Source: an uncultured delta proteobacterium (GTDB lineage Bacteria; Desulfobacterota; Desulfomonilia; UBA1062). Taken from it: DNA of 64,000 nucleotides. Under the pieces are notes generated by a model. It had not been told where the DNA came from and ran no database searches. It saw nothing but the letters and a program-made list of their open reading frames with translations. A program made the position numbers and the translations under genes. The stretch is taken from positions 64,001-128,000 of the forward strand of contig CAWAUM010000007.1 of NCBI GenBank assembly GCA_963785235.1, given 5' to 3'. Below, one piece after another: positions 22,998 to 34,910 of this stretch; the first letter of the stretch is position 1; every line of letters begins with the position of its first letter.

Positions 22998-23713
22998 GCT
23001 CTATTTACGAAGCCCTCAAGAGGACCCAGATGAACAGGAATGTTTCGTCCAGTGCCGATGTGACTGAAGGTGTTCGGTCACCCAGGATCTACTGGATTAT
23101 CATTATGGCGATCCTTTTGAGTTCGGCACTCACCACGGCCGTGCTCTACGGTATCGGGATTATAGGCAAGGCCCGAACGGCCGGCCATGAAGTGGAACAA
23201 CCGGTCAAGGAGGATTCCAGCCGGATCATCGATCTCATGAATAAAGCAGACAGGCTGCACTCCAAGGGACAGATGACTGACGCCATCAATCTCTATTCTC
23301 AGGTCATCTCCAGGAATCCCGCATTTGTTGAGGCATACCTGAAACTCGGCAGCCTCTACTATGAGCTCAAGATCTATGATAAGGCATTTGAAACCTATAC
23401 GAGCGTTAAGAAACTTACGCCGAATGATGCGCGGTTATTGAATAATATGGGGAGTGTGCTATTAGCTAAAGGAGATCCTGCAAAGGCGTTGACATTTTTC
23501 GTCCAGGCCCGGAGATGTTCGGCAGACTATGTGGAACCTTTCTACAACATGGCCTGTGCCTATGCGAGACTGAAAAAGAATGATGCGGCGCTTTCATCTT
23601 TACGGCAGGCATGCAGCATGCAGCCTGAGGCGAGGCTATGGGCCAGGCGTGATCCGGACCTGGCTTCGCTCAAAGGCACTAAAGAATTTGAAGACATTAT
23701 TCGCGCGCAGTGA
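22994..23713 (+). CDS. TPR protein with GspB-like N-terminus
   Basis: MSSIYEALKR start typical of ExeB/GspB partners, one TM, TPR helices (AYLKLG, LLNNMG, FYNMACAYA). Confidence 0.7.
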   Translation: MSSIYEALKRTQMNRNVSSSADVTEGVRSPRIYWIIIMAILLSSALTTAVLYGIGIIGKARTAGHEVEQPVKEDSSRIIDLMNKADRLHSKGQMTDAINLYSQVISRNPAFVEAYLKLGSLYYELKIYDKAFETYTSVKKLTPNDARLLNNMGSVLLAKGDPAKALTFFVQARRCSADYVEPFYNMACAYARLKKNDAALSSLRQACSMQPEARLWARRDPDLASLKGTKEFEDIIRAQ

Positions 23714-23729
23714 TGAATAAGGGGGGAAC

Positions 23730-25986
23730 ATGGATATTCACAGGGTCATTTCTGTTGCTGTTCTGATCTTGCTTTTGTGCGTCTCCGGGCTATGGGCCGC
23801 CAGGCTCATCCAGGATGATGTGCCTGCACCTGTACAGAAGCAGATCACGCCGAGCCAGACAAAGGCTGCAATCCCGGTAAGGCAGCCGGCCATACAGAAA
23901 TCAAAGGCCGGAACAAACAGCAGTACCCCTGGTGAGGCCCTTAACCCCCAGGAAAAGAAATCAGATTCCCGGATGAATTTGCCCCCCCAGGGTGAAACAT
24001 CAGCAACCACGGCTGACGCCACGACAAGGCAACCGATCATAAAAAACGCAGCAGACTCCGGCGGGCAGTTCATAACCATGGACTTTGACGGGGTGGATAT
24101 CAAGGTTTTTATCAAGTTCATCGCTGACATTACCGGCAAAAATTTTATCATTGATGACAAGGTTACCGGCAAGATTACCGTTATTTCTCCAAGGAAAATG
24201 TCATTGGACGAGGCTTACCGGGTATTCCTGAGTGTGCTGGAGGTGAACGGATTCGGCACTGTGGATATGGGCGGGGTGACCAAAGTTGTCAGGTCCGCAG
24301 ATGCCATAACCAAGAGCCTGGAAACCACCATGGAACCTCCGCAGCAGAAAGACGACACCATGATCACCCAGATCATCCAGCTCAAGTATGTAGATGCCAA
24401 TGACATTAAAAACCTGCTCTCGCCGCTCATGTCCAAGGCCTCATCCCAGCTCCTGTCATACCCCCAGAGCAATGTCCTGATCGTCACGGACAACAAGTCG
24501 AACATCAGGAAACTCATGGATATACTCAAGGTAGTCGATGTGGCCGGGTTTGCGCAGGAAGTGAAAATATTCCCGCTCACCTATGCCTCGGCGACGGACC
24601 TTGCATCCAAGCTCAATGACATCCTCTCCGAGGGGAAGCAGGAAGATGTGCAGCGGTTGAGGGCCATGCGCCAGCAGGATGTGGCCGGGTCGAAAACTGC
24701 AACCAAGATCATCCCCTATGAGCGGACCAATTCACTCATCGTGCTTGCGCCGCCTACTGATGTAAGTGGTATCGAAGAGCTCATAAAGAAACTCGATATC
24801 CCTACCCCATCAGGAAAAGAGGATATTCACGTATTCTATCTCCAGTATGCCAATGCAGAGGACATGGCCAAGGTCTTGACTGAAATCCCAACCCCCGAGA
24901 ACCCGGAGGCCCCGGTAGCGTCCTTGGCAGGTCAGAAGGGAGCGACACAGCAACCGTTGGCAACCAGGACAATGCCAAATACTTCACTGAAGGAAAAGAA
25001 CATCAAGATCAGCCCGGACAAGGAGACGAATTCTCTCATCATCTATGCAGACCCCTATGCCTACAAGAGCCTGATAGAGACTATCAAGTATCTCGACATC
25101 CCACGCAAACAGGTCTATGTCAAGTGCCTGATCATGGAGGTGGACACCAACCGCGACTTCAATTTCGGGGTGGAGTGGACTATTGCAAGCGATTTTAAAT
25201 ATGATGGTGATAACAAGACAGGGGCGGTGATCGGTAGAACCGGGGAAAGCTTCCTAACCAGCACCAGCAGTCTTCCTGCCGGTCCGTTGCTGGGTGTGGT
25301 CGGTGAGGCCATCACCATCAAACAAGGCAGTACGACCCTTACGCTTCCAAATATGTCCGCATTCATTCATGCAATGGCCAATGACTCGGATGTGAACGTT
25401 CATTTCCACAGCCCAGGTCCTCACCATGGACAACAAGGAGGCGGAGATCAAGGTAGGTAAGAATGTCCCTTATCTTACGAATACGACACAAGACACGGCT
25501 AATCTGAACAATACGACACGCACGTTCGATTACCGCGATGTGGGGGTTACCCTGAAGCTTACCCCGCAGATCAATCAACAAGGCGATATACGCATGAAGC
25601 TCTTCACGGAAATTTCTACTCTTGTGCAAGGCACTGGAGAGCAGCAGTTCGCCCCGACGACCCTGAAACGGTCTGCCTCCACAACGGTGAACATGCACGA
25701 CGGCACCACCATGGTCATCGGCGGTCTCATAGGTGATACCCTTTCGGTGAGCGATTACCGGGTGCCGTTTTTAGGAGACATACCCATACTGGGCTATCTG
25801 TTTAAATCCATCAGCAGGACAAAGGAGAAGACCAATCTCTATATTTTCTTCACACCCTACATCATTGACACCAATGATAAGGCGCAGGCACTATACCGAG
25901 AGAAAAGCCGTGAAGCTGAAATGATAAAAGATGCGTTGGACTCCTCCAAAAAAAATGGGAAGGCAGATGAGAAGAACAAGCCTTGA
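23730..25986 (+). CDS. gspD: type II secretion secretin GspD; split by one apparent indel near 25400
   Basis: ITMDFDGVDI, ITGKNFIID..V.GKITV, N-domain TNSLI repeats, LDIPRKQV; MDNKEAEIKVG, YRDVGVTLKLTPQI, VPFLGDIPILGYLF. Confidence 0.92.
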
Positions 25987-27664
25987 GAACGTGCTGTTCG
26001 AAATGCAGCTCCTTGATGAGGCCTCACTCGAGAAGGCCAGGTCTGTCCAGAGTGAACGCGGCATTGGACTGAAAGACGCCCTGGTGCTTACCGGCGCGGT
26101 AAGCGATCATGACATGATCAGTGCGCTTTCAAGGCAGTGGGACATCCCTTCAGTCCAGACCATCAGTGCATTGGAGGTAGACCCATCCGTGCTTGACAAA
26201 CTGCCGGTGAGCTATCTCAGAAAGTACGCCATGGTCCCGGTAAGGATGCAGCAGGACACCATGATAGTGGCAGTACACGACCCTGTGGAGCAGGAGGCCT
26301 TTTTCGACATCTCGCGCATCATGCACCTCAAGGACATCAAGCGAGTACTTGCACCGAAACAGGAAATCCTGAGCGCCATCAACCGGCTCATCGAGATGAA
26401 GGATGACAGCGCAAAGGACATCATGGATGATATCGAGGAGGAAGAAGACGAGATCCTCAAAGACCTCGAAAGCATCCAGGACATCACGGCCATGGAAACC
26501 GAGGCCCCCATCATCCGCCTGGTGAACCGGCTCATGGTACAGGCGTTTCGGGAAAGGGCATCCGATATTCATGTGGAACCGTATCCCAATGACATGAAGA
26601 TCCGTTTCAGGGTGGACGGCATCCTGCACGACGTTCTGAACCTCCCCAAAAGGCTCCATCCTGCAGTGGTATCACGCATCAAGGTTATGGCGACCCTGAA
26701 CATCGCAGAGAAGCGCCTGCCCCAGGACGGCAGGATCGGCATCAAGCTCGGCGATCACTCCATAGACCTGAGGATCTCCACGGTTCCCACAGTGAACGGC
26801 GAGCGGGTCGTCATGAGGATACTCGACAAGACTTCAGTCCTGTTGGGCTTAGAAGAGCTCGGATATTATCCCGATGACCTCGCCATCATAGAGCACCTCA
26901 TAAAACAGGAGCACGGCATCATCCTGGTGACCGGGCCCACAGGTTCAGGCAAGACGACATCATTGTATTCCATGCTCAACAAGATCAATTCACCGGACAA
27001 GAACATCCTCACCATAGAAGACCCCATCGAGTACCAGCTCAAGGGTATCGGCCAGATACCGGTGAACGTGAAGGTCGGGCTCACCTTTGCCTCGGGACTG
27101 AGGTCCATAGTCCGTCAGGACCCCGATGTTATCCTGGTGGGAGAAATCCGCGACCTGGAGACTGCCGAGATCGCCATCCAGGCCGCACTCACCGGTCACC
27201 TGGTCTTTTCAACCCTGCATACCAATGATTCAGCGAGCGCCATAACAAGACTTATAGACATGGGCATTGAGCCATTCCTCGTGACCTCGTCCGTCAATGC
27301 CATTGTTGCCCAGAGGCTGGCCCGCAAGATCTGCCCTGTGTGCAAACAGCAGTACTTCCCGGAAAGCGAGACCCTTTTGGAAATAGGCCTGTCCCAGGAG
27401 ATGCTCGGCAAAGAAGGGTTTCTCTGGCGGGGAGCCGGATGCAAGGATTGCCTCGGAACAGGTTACAAGGGCAGGACCGGCATCTACGAAATCCTTACGA
27501 TCAGTGACTCCATCAAGACCACCATCCTCAAGAGCTCTGACTCCAATATCATCAAAAAACAGGGCGTGGCCGAGGGGCTCCATACACTGCGGGAAGACGG
27601 AGCGCGAAAGGTGGAGGATGGGATCACCACCATTGAAGAGGTCCTGCGGGTCACCCAGCAGTAA
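25967..27664 (+). CDS. gspE: type II secretion ATPase GspE
   Basis: RASDIHVEP, NIAEKRLPQDG, GPTGSGKTT, TIEDPIEY, RQDPDVILVGEIRD, TGHLVFSTLHTN, CxxC pairs. Confidence 0.95.
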   Translation: MRRTSLENVLFEMQLLDEASLEKARSVQSERGIGLKDALVLTGAVSDHDMISALSRQWDIPSVQTISALEVDPSVLDKLPVSYLRKYAMVPVRMQQDTMIVAVHDPVEQEAFFDISRIMHLKDIKRVLAPKQEILSAINRLIEMKDDSAKDIMDDIEEEEDEILKDLESIQDITAMETEAPIIRLVNRLMVQAFRERASDIHVEPYPNDMKIRFRVDGILHDVLNLPKRLHPAVVSRIKVMATLNIAEKRLPQDGRIGIKLGDHSIDLRISTVPTVNGERVVMRILDKTSVLLGLEELGYYPDDLAIIEHLIKQEHGIILVTGPTGSGKTTSLYSMLNKINSPDKNILTIEDPIEYQLKGIGQIPVNVKVGLTFASGLRSIVRQDPDVILVGEIRDLETAEIAIQAALTGHLVFSTLHTNDSASAITRLIDMGIEPFLVTSSVNAIVAQRLARKICPVCKQQYFPESETLLEIGLSQEMLGKEGFLWRGAGCKDCLGTGYKGRTGIYEILTISDSIKTTILKSSDSNIIKKQGVAEGLHTLREDGARKVEDGITTIEEVLRVTQQ

Positions 27665-29019
27665 TGGCCAAGCCTAAAAAAGTCTTTCGCTGCTCATCGT
27701 GCGGATTTACGCACCCACAGTTTATGGGAAGATGCACCCAGTGCGGTCTATGGAACACCCTTGAAGAAGACTTTATCGAGGAAGAGAAGAACATCAGTCA
27801 CCGCAAGACCTGCCAGGCAAGACCCATCAATCTCAAAGACATTTCGACCCAAGAATCCTGCAGGAGGGCATGCGGGATCGGCGAGCTCGACCGTGTGCTC
27901 GGCGGAGGGGTTGTTGACGGATCATTTGTGCTTATCGGTGGTGATCCGGGCATAGGCAAGTCCACGCTCATGCTCCAGATGGCACACCGGCTGGCCTCCT
28001 CAGGCATGAAGATCCTTTATGTAAGCGGTGAAGAGTCGGCCCCGCAGCTGAAGTTGCGCGCACACAGGCTGGGCATTGATTCTGACGGGATCATGGTATA
28101 CCCGGAAGTGGTCCTGGAGCGGATCAGGGATGAGATAGACGGCATGAACAGTGATATCGTCATCATCGATTCCATCCAGTCCATCTTTTCATCCTCAATA
28201 GAGGCCCCTCCCGGAGGCGTTTCGCAGATAAGGCACTGTGCCGGGATATTGATGGAGATTGCCAAGGGAAAAGGTGTGAGCGTCTTCATTGTAGGCCATG
28301 TGACAAAGGATGGCTGGATAGCCGGGCCCAAGATGCTGGAACACATGGTGGACACCGTGCTGACCTTTGAGGGCGACGATACCGGTGCATACCGTATCGT
28401 GCGCACCGTGAAGAACCGCTTCGGCACCAGCGGCGAGATCGGCGTATTCGAGATGAAGGCCAGCGGCCTTTCCGAGGTGAAAGACCCTTCATCCATTTTT
28501 ATCCATGGCCTGGGAGGAGAGGTTTCCGGCAGCGCTGTCATGGCAACCATCGAGGGCAGCAGGGCCTTTGTGGTGGAGGTCCAGGCCCTGGTGAGCAGGA
28601 CGACATTCAGCATGCCCCGCAGGATCTCCCTGGGCTCGGACCAGTCCCGCCTGGCAGTCCTCCTGGCAGTGCTTGAAAAGAGGGCAGGCATCTTTCTGGC
28701 CCAGTCGGACATCGTGGTGAACATTGCCGGCGGGTTCAAGGTCACCGAGCCTGCAGTGGACCTTGCCCTTGTCATGGCAGTGGCGTCGAGCGCATTTGAT
28801 AAACCCGTTCCCAAGGGGACGGTATTCATTGGCGAGATCGGCCTTTCCGGGGAACTCAGGCCGGTAAACCACATGGAGTCGCGCATCCGGGAGGCAATGA
28901 AAATGGGCTTCACCCAGGCTGTCATCCCTGATGCCAACCGGGATACCCTTTCAGAACAGGGCGCTATGAAGATCATCGCCTGTGAGCATGTGAAGGCAGC
29001 GTTAAAGATCCTGGCCTGA
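27664..29019 (+). CDS. radA: DNA repair protein RadA/Sms
   Basis: C4 Zn finger CSSCG...CTQC, GGDPGIGKST, KNRFG, Lon-like C-terminus GEIGLSGELR. Confidence 0.97.
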   Translation: MAKPKKVFRCSSCGFTHPQFMGRCTQCGLWNTLEEDFIEEEKNISHRKTCQARPINLKDISTQESCRRACGIGELDRVLGGGVVDGSFVLIGGDPGIGKSTLMLQMAHRLASSGMKILYVSGEESAPQLKLRAHRLGIDSDGIMVYPEVVLERIRDEIDGMNSDIVIIDSIQSIFSSSIEAPPGGVSQIRHCAGILMEIAKGKGVSVFIVGHVTKDGWIAGPKMLEHMVDTVLTFEGDDTGAYRIVRTVKNRFGTSGEIGVFEMKASGLSEVKDPSSIFIHGLGGEVSGSAVMATIEGSRAFVVEVQALVSRTTFSMPRRISLGSDQSRLAVLLAVLEKRAGIFLAQSDIVVNIAGGFKVTEPAVDLALVMAVASSAFDKPVPKGTVFIGEIGLSGELRPVNHMESRIREAMKMGFTQAVIPDANRDTLSEQGAMKIIACEHVKAALKILA

Positions 29020-29023
29020 GCCT

Positions 29024-29133
29024 ATTGCAAAACTCCCAGTTTGTCATTCCCGCGGAAGCGGGAATCCAGTTTTTATAAGAACTTATGGACCCCCGCCTTC
29101 GCAGGGGAGACAACTCTTTTCGAGTTTTGCAAT
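29024..29133. repeat. REP/MITE-like composite palindromic element
   Basis: Outer IR ATTGCAAAACTC (29024-29035)/GAGTTTTGCAAT (29122-29133) enclosing GTCATTCCCGCGGAAGCGGGAATCCAG and an inverted partner TGGACCCCCGCCTTCGCAGGGGAGAC. Confidence 0.85.
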
Positions 29134-29208
29134 GAACTTGCCTGATAACTATTATTGAGACGCCTGTATACCTCTCCGAGTACATTGTTGCGGGTGGAAA
29201 AAACCTTA

Positions 29209-29259
29209 CCTGTTCAAATCATGCATCTCGGTAAAGCCGAGATGCATGATTTGAACAGG
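29209..29259. repeat. perfect 23-bp hairpin with 5-nt loop
   Basis: CCTGTTCAAATCATGCATCTCGG-TAAAG-CCGAGATGCATGATTTGAACAGG. Confidence 0.9.
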
Positions 29260-29424
29260 CCAATTTTTTAGTTTGCATGTAAAAAATTAATTTTATGCAG
29301 CAATGATCTTAAGTATTTCAGTCTTTATCGTCATTGACTTTTGCCGGTTCGCCGTTAACTTTACGAATATAAAGCGGTGTAAATCAGACTCAAGGCCGAA
29401 GTTTCAGGTGACGATAAGAAATAG

Positions 29425-29772
29425 ATGAGAAGATATAACATCCAGGTAACCGTACCTTCCTCGGGGAGGTATGAAATCATCAAGGAAAACGCTAATCCAA
29501 CCGGGATCCAGGAAGAGGATTACTGGAATGAGTGCTTCACCTGGGAAGACCTTAAGGAAATAACCCCGCGTATGCGTGCGCTCAGGTGGAAACTGAAGAT
29601 CGATCCCATTGACCAGGAGGATCTGGCAGGAAAGATGCACCTGTTCCCATTCACCTACGGGGTGAACCACGAGGTGAAGATGGTCAAGATTTCCCAGATA
29701 AAGGTTATCATGACACGCGATATGGGCCTGTTAGCCTTTCCAATGCATTCCTATCATCCATTTGGATATTGA
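29425..29772 (+). CDS. hypothetical protein
   Basis: 115-aa ORF with plausible composition; no recognised motif. Confidence 0.45.
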   Translation: MRRYNIQVTVPSSGRYEIIKENANPTGIQEEDYWNECFTWEDLKEITPRMRALRWKLKIDPIDQEDLAGKMHLFPFTYGVNHEVKMVKISQIKVIMTRDMGLLAFPMHSYHPFGY

Positions 29773-29865
29773 CCTGTAAACCATACCGCATCCGTCTGCA
29801 GCCTGGTCACATGAACCGGCGAATATTTCCAACCGTGCCGTTTTTCACTCAATGCTCCTAGCCGT

Positions 29866-30192
29866 TCACTTCAGCAAGATGGAAATATTAAGCCCGTATA
29901 GCTTTTCTTTAGCTGTGTCCCTGTGATAAAAGCTTGCCTTGGCATCCACCACGGAACTGATACCCAAGGCCAATCCGCAGGCAAAACCCACACCGGCCCC
30001 GACGCTCGCATAGGTGTTATAATGATCCTCTGGGTGTTTTGAGAAAAGGCTTGCAAGATATCCTGCAAAGGCACCTATGGTGATCCCCACGAGGGGGGTG
30101 GTAAAGATCGGGCCTACATCTTCGGCACTGGACCTGCAGGGCAGAAAGGCTATAGCAGACACAAGGACGAGTACGACAAGAGGCCTCTTCAT
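29866..30192 (-). CDS. hypothetical exported/membrane protein (glycine-rich TM helices)
   Basis: RBS GGAGGG, signal-like MKRPLVVLVLVSAIAF, GITIGAFAGY and GAGVGFACGLALG. Confidence 0.65.
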   Translation of the reverse strand: MKRPLVVLVLVSAIAFLPCRSSAEDVGPIFTTPLVGITIGAFAGYLASLFSKHPEDHYNTYASVGAGVGFACGLALGISSVVDAKASFYHRDTAKEKLYGLNISILLK

Positions 30193-30400
30193 ATTCCCCT
30201 CCCTGACGTTGCTTTTCAAGGATTCGAAATGCAACATTCTTTATAATTATATAAGGGCTCCAAGGCAAAAGGAAATCAGAATTGATTCCTGAGACGGTGA
30301 TTTCACCCGAATACCCCTCCAGTTCAGATCTTCATTTGCAGTGCATGGTGAAGGCAATGAACTGGTATCGGTGGATATACATCCAGCTAAACTGTTTTCC

Positions 30401-30575
30401 AGGCATCATGCGTTCCAACAAACCAATGCCTAATTAACGACTTTTGCCTATATATTGGCATATGAATATTGTTTTTCCGTGTTGACCGCACACCCTTTCT
30501 ATCATCAAAACCCTTTAAAATAGGGGCATTACAATATAATCGTTCCCCGATATTTTCCCTGGCTCATATTTCGCA
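30401..30575 (+). promoter_or_regulatory. duplicated enhancer + sigma54 promoter module upstream of the AsmA-family gene
   Basis: Palindrome TGCCTATATATTGGCA (30445-30460) and -24/-12 TGGCTCATATTTCGCA (30560-30575); visibly homologous to 40727-40901 with the same 115-bp spacing. Confidence 0.75.
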
Positions 30576-30918
30576 CTCTTCCAGGTGACCTGGCCTGTTT
30601 TTATGAACCCTCCATTACCGCCGGCTTGGTGATTGGATCGAATATGTCCCGAACGCTTGATTGACCGACCCACCCGGGATCAAGATACACAAGGGCTATT
30701 CCTTTTCATGGCAGATAATCTTAAAATAGCGTTATCTGTCTGTTCGAGATATTGAAGGAGTACGAAAGGCGCAACAGCGGTAGAAATTTACGATCCACAT
30801 TATTATTTCATGGCAATGACATGAAGTGGTTTTTGCAGCTGCTCCTATTGAATTGGAAAGGCATTCACAGGACCCATCACCATGTACGAGCTTATGATCG
30901 CATGAATGGACACGGAAG

Positions 30919-33900
30919 ATGAGACGGAACACAAAACTGGTTTTTTCTGCTATCAGCGTATTGACGCTGATAGTCCTGATAACCGCATCTGTCATCATTG
31001 CGGTGTTCGCTTTTGATGAAGAAGACTCACGGGCTCTTCTCGGCTGGGCAATCAAGCAGTTCAGCGGGTATACCGTGACAATACAGGGACCGCTTTCTTT
31101 CGATCTCTCCATGACGCCGTCTCTGAAGGCTTCGAAAATTCTCATCGAACCTCCCGAGGGGACGACGTCCATGAAGATATCCCGTATCGAGAGGATTCAT
31201 GCACGTATTGCACTGTTCCCCTTGGTTCACGGGAGGATACACATCCTGAATCTCGGGGTTGATGGCGCTACCGTATCCTGGGATCCGTGGAAAAAAGAAC
31301 CCGCGTCTACCTGGAAGAAATACGAGGCCCCTGATGAGGCCACATTGAGAAATATTACCCTGCTCATACCCCCCCATGGACATATGAGCGCCTTGAATAT
31401 CTCCGCAGGCAGCCTGCAGCTTCAACATGTCCGTAAAACAAATTCTCTGCTGATCAAGGGAGCAGGCACCATAAACAACAACCCAATCAGCATCAACGGC
31501 CTTTTTGGAATGTTCGCCGCGTCTTCCAACCCGGGAAAGACCTATCCGGTGGATTTCGGTTTGCAGATAGCAGACCTGGACATGAAGATCCAAGGGACAA
31601 TCGATGATTCAAAACAGTTGCAGGGCATGCATCTGTTCGTGGACATGAAAGAACAAGAAGTTGCAACGCTCCTGCATATGCTTGGGATCTCCTCAGGCCC
31701 CATGGGGCAGGTGCATGTCAAGGCAAAGCTCGGCGGGAGCTTTGAATCACCGGGAATAACTGATATCTCCATTGTCAGTACAGGAAGCCCGCTTCTTTCA
31801 TTGTCCGTCACCGGCACCATCCCGGACCTGAAAAACGGGGACGGTGCGTTCCTGAAGATATCCGGGGCATGTACGGATAAAGCGCTTCTCCATGTTCTGT
31901 CCCCGGAGGAGTTCATGATAACGGCAATCGATTTCAAAGGGAATCTGCACGGAACCCGCCAGGGTTTAAGCGTGGAGAACGTCCATGCTTCAGCAGTTAC
32001 CGACAGGCAGGTACGCGTACAGGCACAGGGGAAAATCCACTTGGGTTCATGGCCCTATCCTGTTTCAGCATGGGCGTTTTCTCTGAATGGAGACCTTGTA
32101 TCCCCCACCACCAGAGCCCTTTTAACCGCCCGTGAACAATCCATGCCCGAGATGGGTCCTTTTCGAGCGAAATTCCATATCATGGGCACTTCCGGCCGGT
32201 TTGCACTTGAGGATATGGATATTTCTCTCGGGAACAGACAATCGCTGAGCTATGGGCTGTTCAGGGCGTATCGGCAAGGTGGAGCCGGGCGGTGTTACCC
32301 TTTTATCTTCAGTAAATCTGACGGGGTCCCTCGATGCAGCAACCATTGCCAGCCTTGGCCCTTTTGTTAAAGGGGCCCTTCCTGATCTCGGGCCGCTTTC
32401 CGCCCGCTGCGACCTCATGGACCGAAATGGCGGCTACGCCCTTGAGAACATGCGGATCATCCTGGGGAAAGCAGAGGCCTTCAGGGTGGAGGCTACGGGC
32501 ACAATGAACACCGGTATGCGTGAAAAAAGGATCTCCCTGGACAGGGTCGCACTGCACTGCAGGGTAAGTGCGGCTGACCCGAGCCAGATGGAAAAGCTCT
32601 TTGGTCTGGAAGAGCCGTATCTCGATTCTCTCGAAGGGTCGTTCGACCTGTCGGGAAGCCCCCGGGAGCTCTCGGTTTCCAAGGCCCACGTGTCTGCGGG
32701 CGTTGCCCAGGAAATGAATGCAACACTGGACGGCGGCATCAGGCGGGTCAACCTCATGGCCATACGATCAATAAAAGAACAAGACCGCAAAGGCCTGGAT
32801 GGGAAAAATGCTGCCATGGAAGGTGTTGATCTGCGCTGCACTGTCAAGGCCTCCGGCACGCACAAGCTGATGCAGCGGTTCGGATTCAAGAAAACATATA
32901 TCGAATCGTTTGAGGGATCGTTCAACCTCACAGGCAGCCCTGATAACCTCTCCATCACCCAGGCCATTGTTGAGGCCGGCATGCTGGAGAGGTGGGAATA
33001 TAACCCTCACAGGCTCCATAGACCATCTCGATGTCAAGGATCCTCAAGCGGTTAAAGGCGTTGTCTTCAACCTCACGGGTTCCACCCCTGACTCGGAGTT
33101 CCTTTCAAAGCTCACAGGCCGCGACTTTCCGGAGCTGGGTGCCATTTCCGTCAATGCCCACCTGGGAGACAAAGAAGGGACACTTGAATTGAATCCCTTT
33201 GAATTACATGCCGAAAAGGCCGGGAAAGAGGTGCTGATCATAAACGGACACATCCATGATGTTCTGAACGCTGAAAAGTTTCTCCTGGATGCCGACTTCA
33301 TAACATCATCGAAGGCAGTGTTTGATAACAGCCTTCAAAAGCCTCAGAAACAGTCCTTCCCCATAAGCGGGAAAATCAAGATCCAAGGCGATGGCGACCA
33401 GATCCATATCCAGGAACTTCAGGTGACATCCCCGACGGCCGATGCCCTGTTCATAGATGTTAAAGGAAACATTGAAGACATGTCAGAGGAGCCGACATTT
33501 ACCGGAACGCTTTTATCAGACATCCTGGACCTCTCGCTCATCGCACCCGGTGCTGGTGCTTCGTTGGCATCTCTCGGAGCTCTCCACGCAGATGGACAGA
33601 TCATGATCAAGAAGGACAACATTGCCTTCAACGGTGCAATGAATCTCGGCCGGACCCAGTTCATGACAGACATGTTTGCATCATCTGCAGAAAAACGACC
33701 CCGCATCGTTGCCAAGATCCATGCGCCGACAATCTATCTCGATAATCGCGATGCTCCCCCCAAGGCCCCCTCCACGCCTCAGGCACCCTTAAAGCCCACA
33801 CGTAAAACTGCAAAGAAGCGGATCTTCGATACGACTCCGCTCCACATTGATATACCCCAGGCAATGGATGCTTCCATAAGCATTACCGCTGATACCGTAC

Positions 33901-34739
33901 ACGATCGCTCAACTATGCATTCCTTTCATGATGTCAGGCTTGGGGCATCACTTGAAAAAGGTTCTCTGCAGCTCAGCCCCATAACCTTTCAGTATGCGGG
34001 GGGCTCTGTCACAATGGACATTGCAATCGAATCCCATGGCAAAACCCCGGATATGAAGATGTGGCTCACAGCAGATGATATGGACATCGTCACGCTCGAA
34101 GATTATCTTCACAAACCGCATATCCTCGACGGGAAGATGTCCGTCTCTGCATACCTGCATGGGCAGGGCAACTCAGCACACGAGATCGCATCGGCCCTGG
34201 AGGGTGATATCGGCTTCGCCATCGAGAAGGGTGCCATCAATCGTAATGTCGAGATCCTTGGATCTGACGGGGTGGATGTGGTGCTTTCCTTTACCGGAAG
34301 CATTACCGGAGATGCACTCGACCTGGTGCTCCCCTCTGATGAAGAAAAGAAATATACAGCATTGAACTGCATGGTTACCCGGTTCGCTTTTCAGGATGGT
34401 GTGGGCCTCAGCAGTGTCATCGCGTATGACACAACTGACTACAAAGTGAGCGGGCTTGGCACGCTGAATCTCAATAAAGAGACAATGGAGCTGGTGATCA
34501 AGCCCAGATCCAAGAAAAAAATTTACGACTGGTCATCATCGCCCATATATATTTCAGGACCCATAAACAATCCCTCACTCAAGAAGATCCCTATACGGGA
34601 AGCAGCCCGTTTATCCGGAGAGATATTTGCGCCCTATGTCTTTCTGCCTGTCCGGGGTGTGGGATACCTCTGGTATCTTCTGAACAAGGATACCGACAAA
34701 GATTCTTCATGCGCACAACTGAATCTGGACGACAGGTGA
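30919..34739 (+). CDS. large AsmA-family protein; split by two apparent indels (~32260, ~32995)
   Basis: N-terminal TM + AsmA-like start (GYTVTIQGPL.FDLSMTPSL); repeated 'PELG.IS....L' beta units; C-terminal AsmA_2-like LNCMVTRFAFQDG, G.GTLNLNKETMEL, IYISGPINNP; ORFs 30919-32370, 32252-33055, 32910-34739. Confidence 0.78.
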
Positions 34740-34910
34740 TATTTTCCACAGAGGAACTCAGTGCAAAATGGATAGATACCGAACCTGTCCGGGTCACCTT
34801 CACCCTTGTTCTTCGGCTCCGCCAGAGGGTTTCTAATTCCGCATTACCAGGGTATATATTAATAAGAATCCTACTTGACATTTGGTCGTCTCAATGTCAA
34901 TTTTATTGCC

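Noticed and set aside
15022-28976. Long opposite-strand ORFs 15022-15972 (+) and 28017-28976 (-)
   Set aside because: They fully overlap the UDP-sugar dehydrogenase and radA respectively; codon-bias shadows.
29020-29270. CRISPR array or tRNA attachment site
   Set aside because: The repeats are inverted and not regularly spaced direct repeats; no cloverleaf or cas genes seen.
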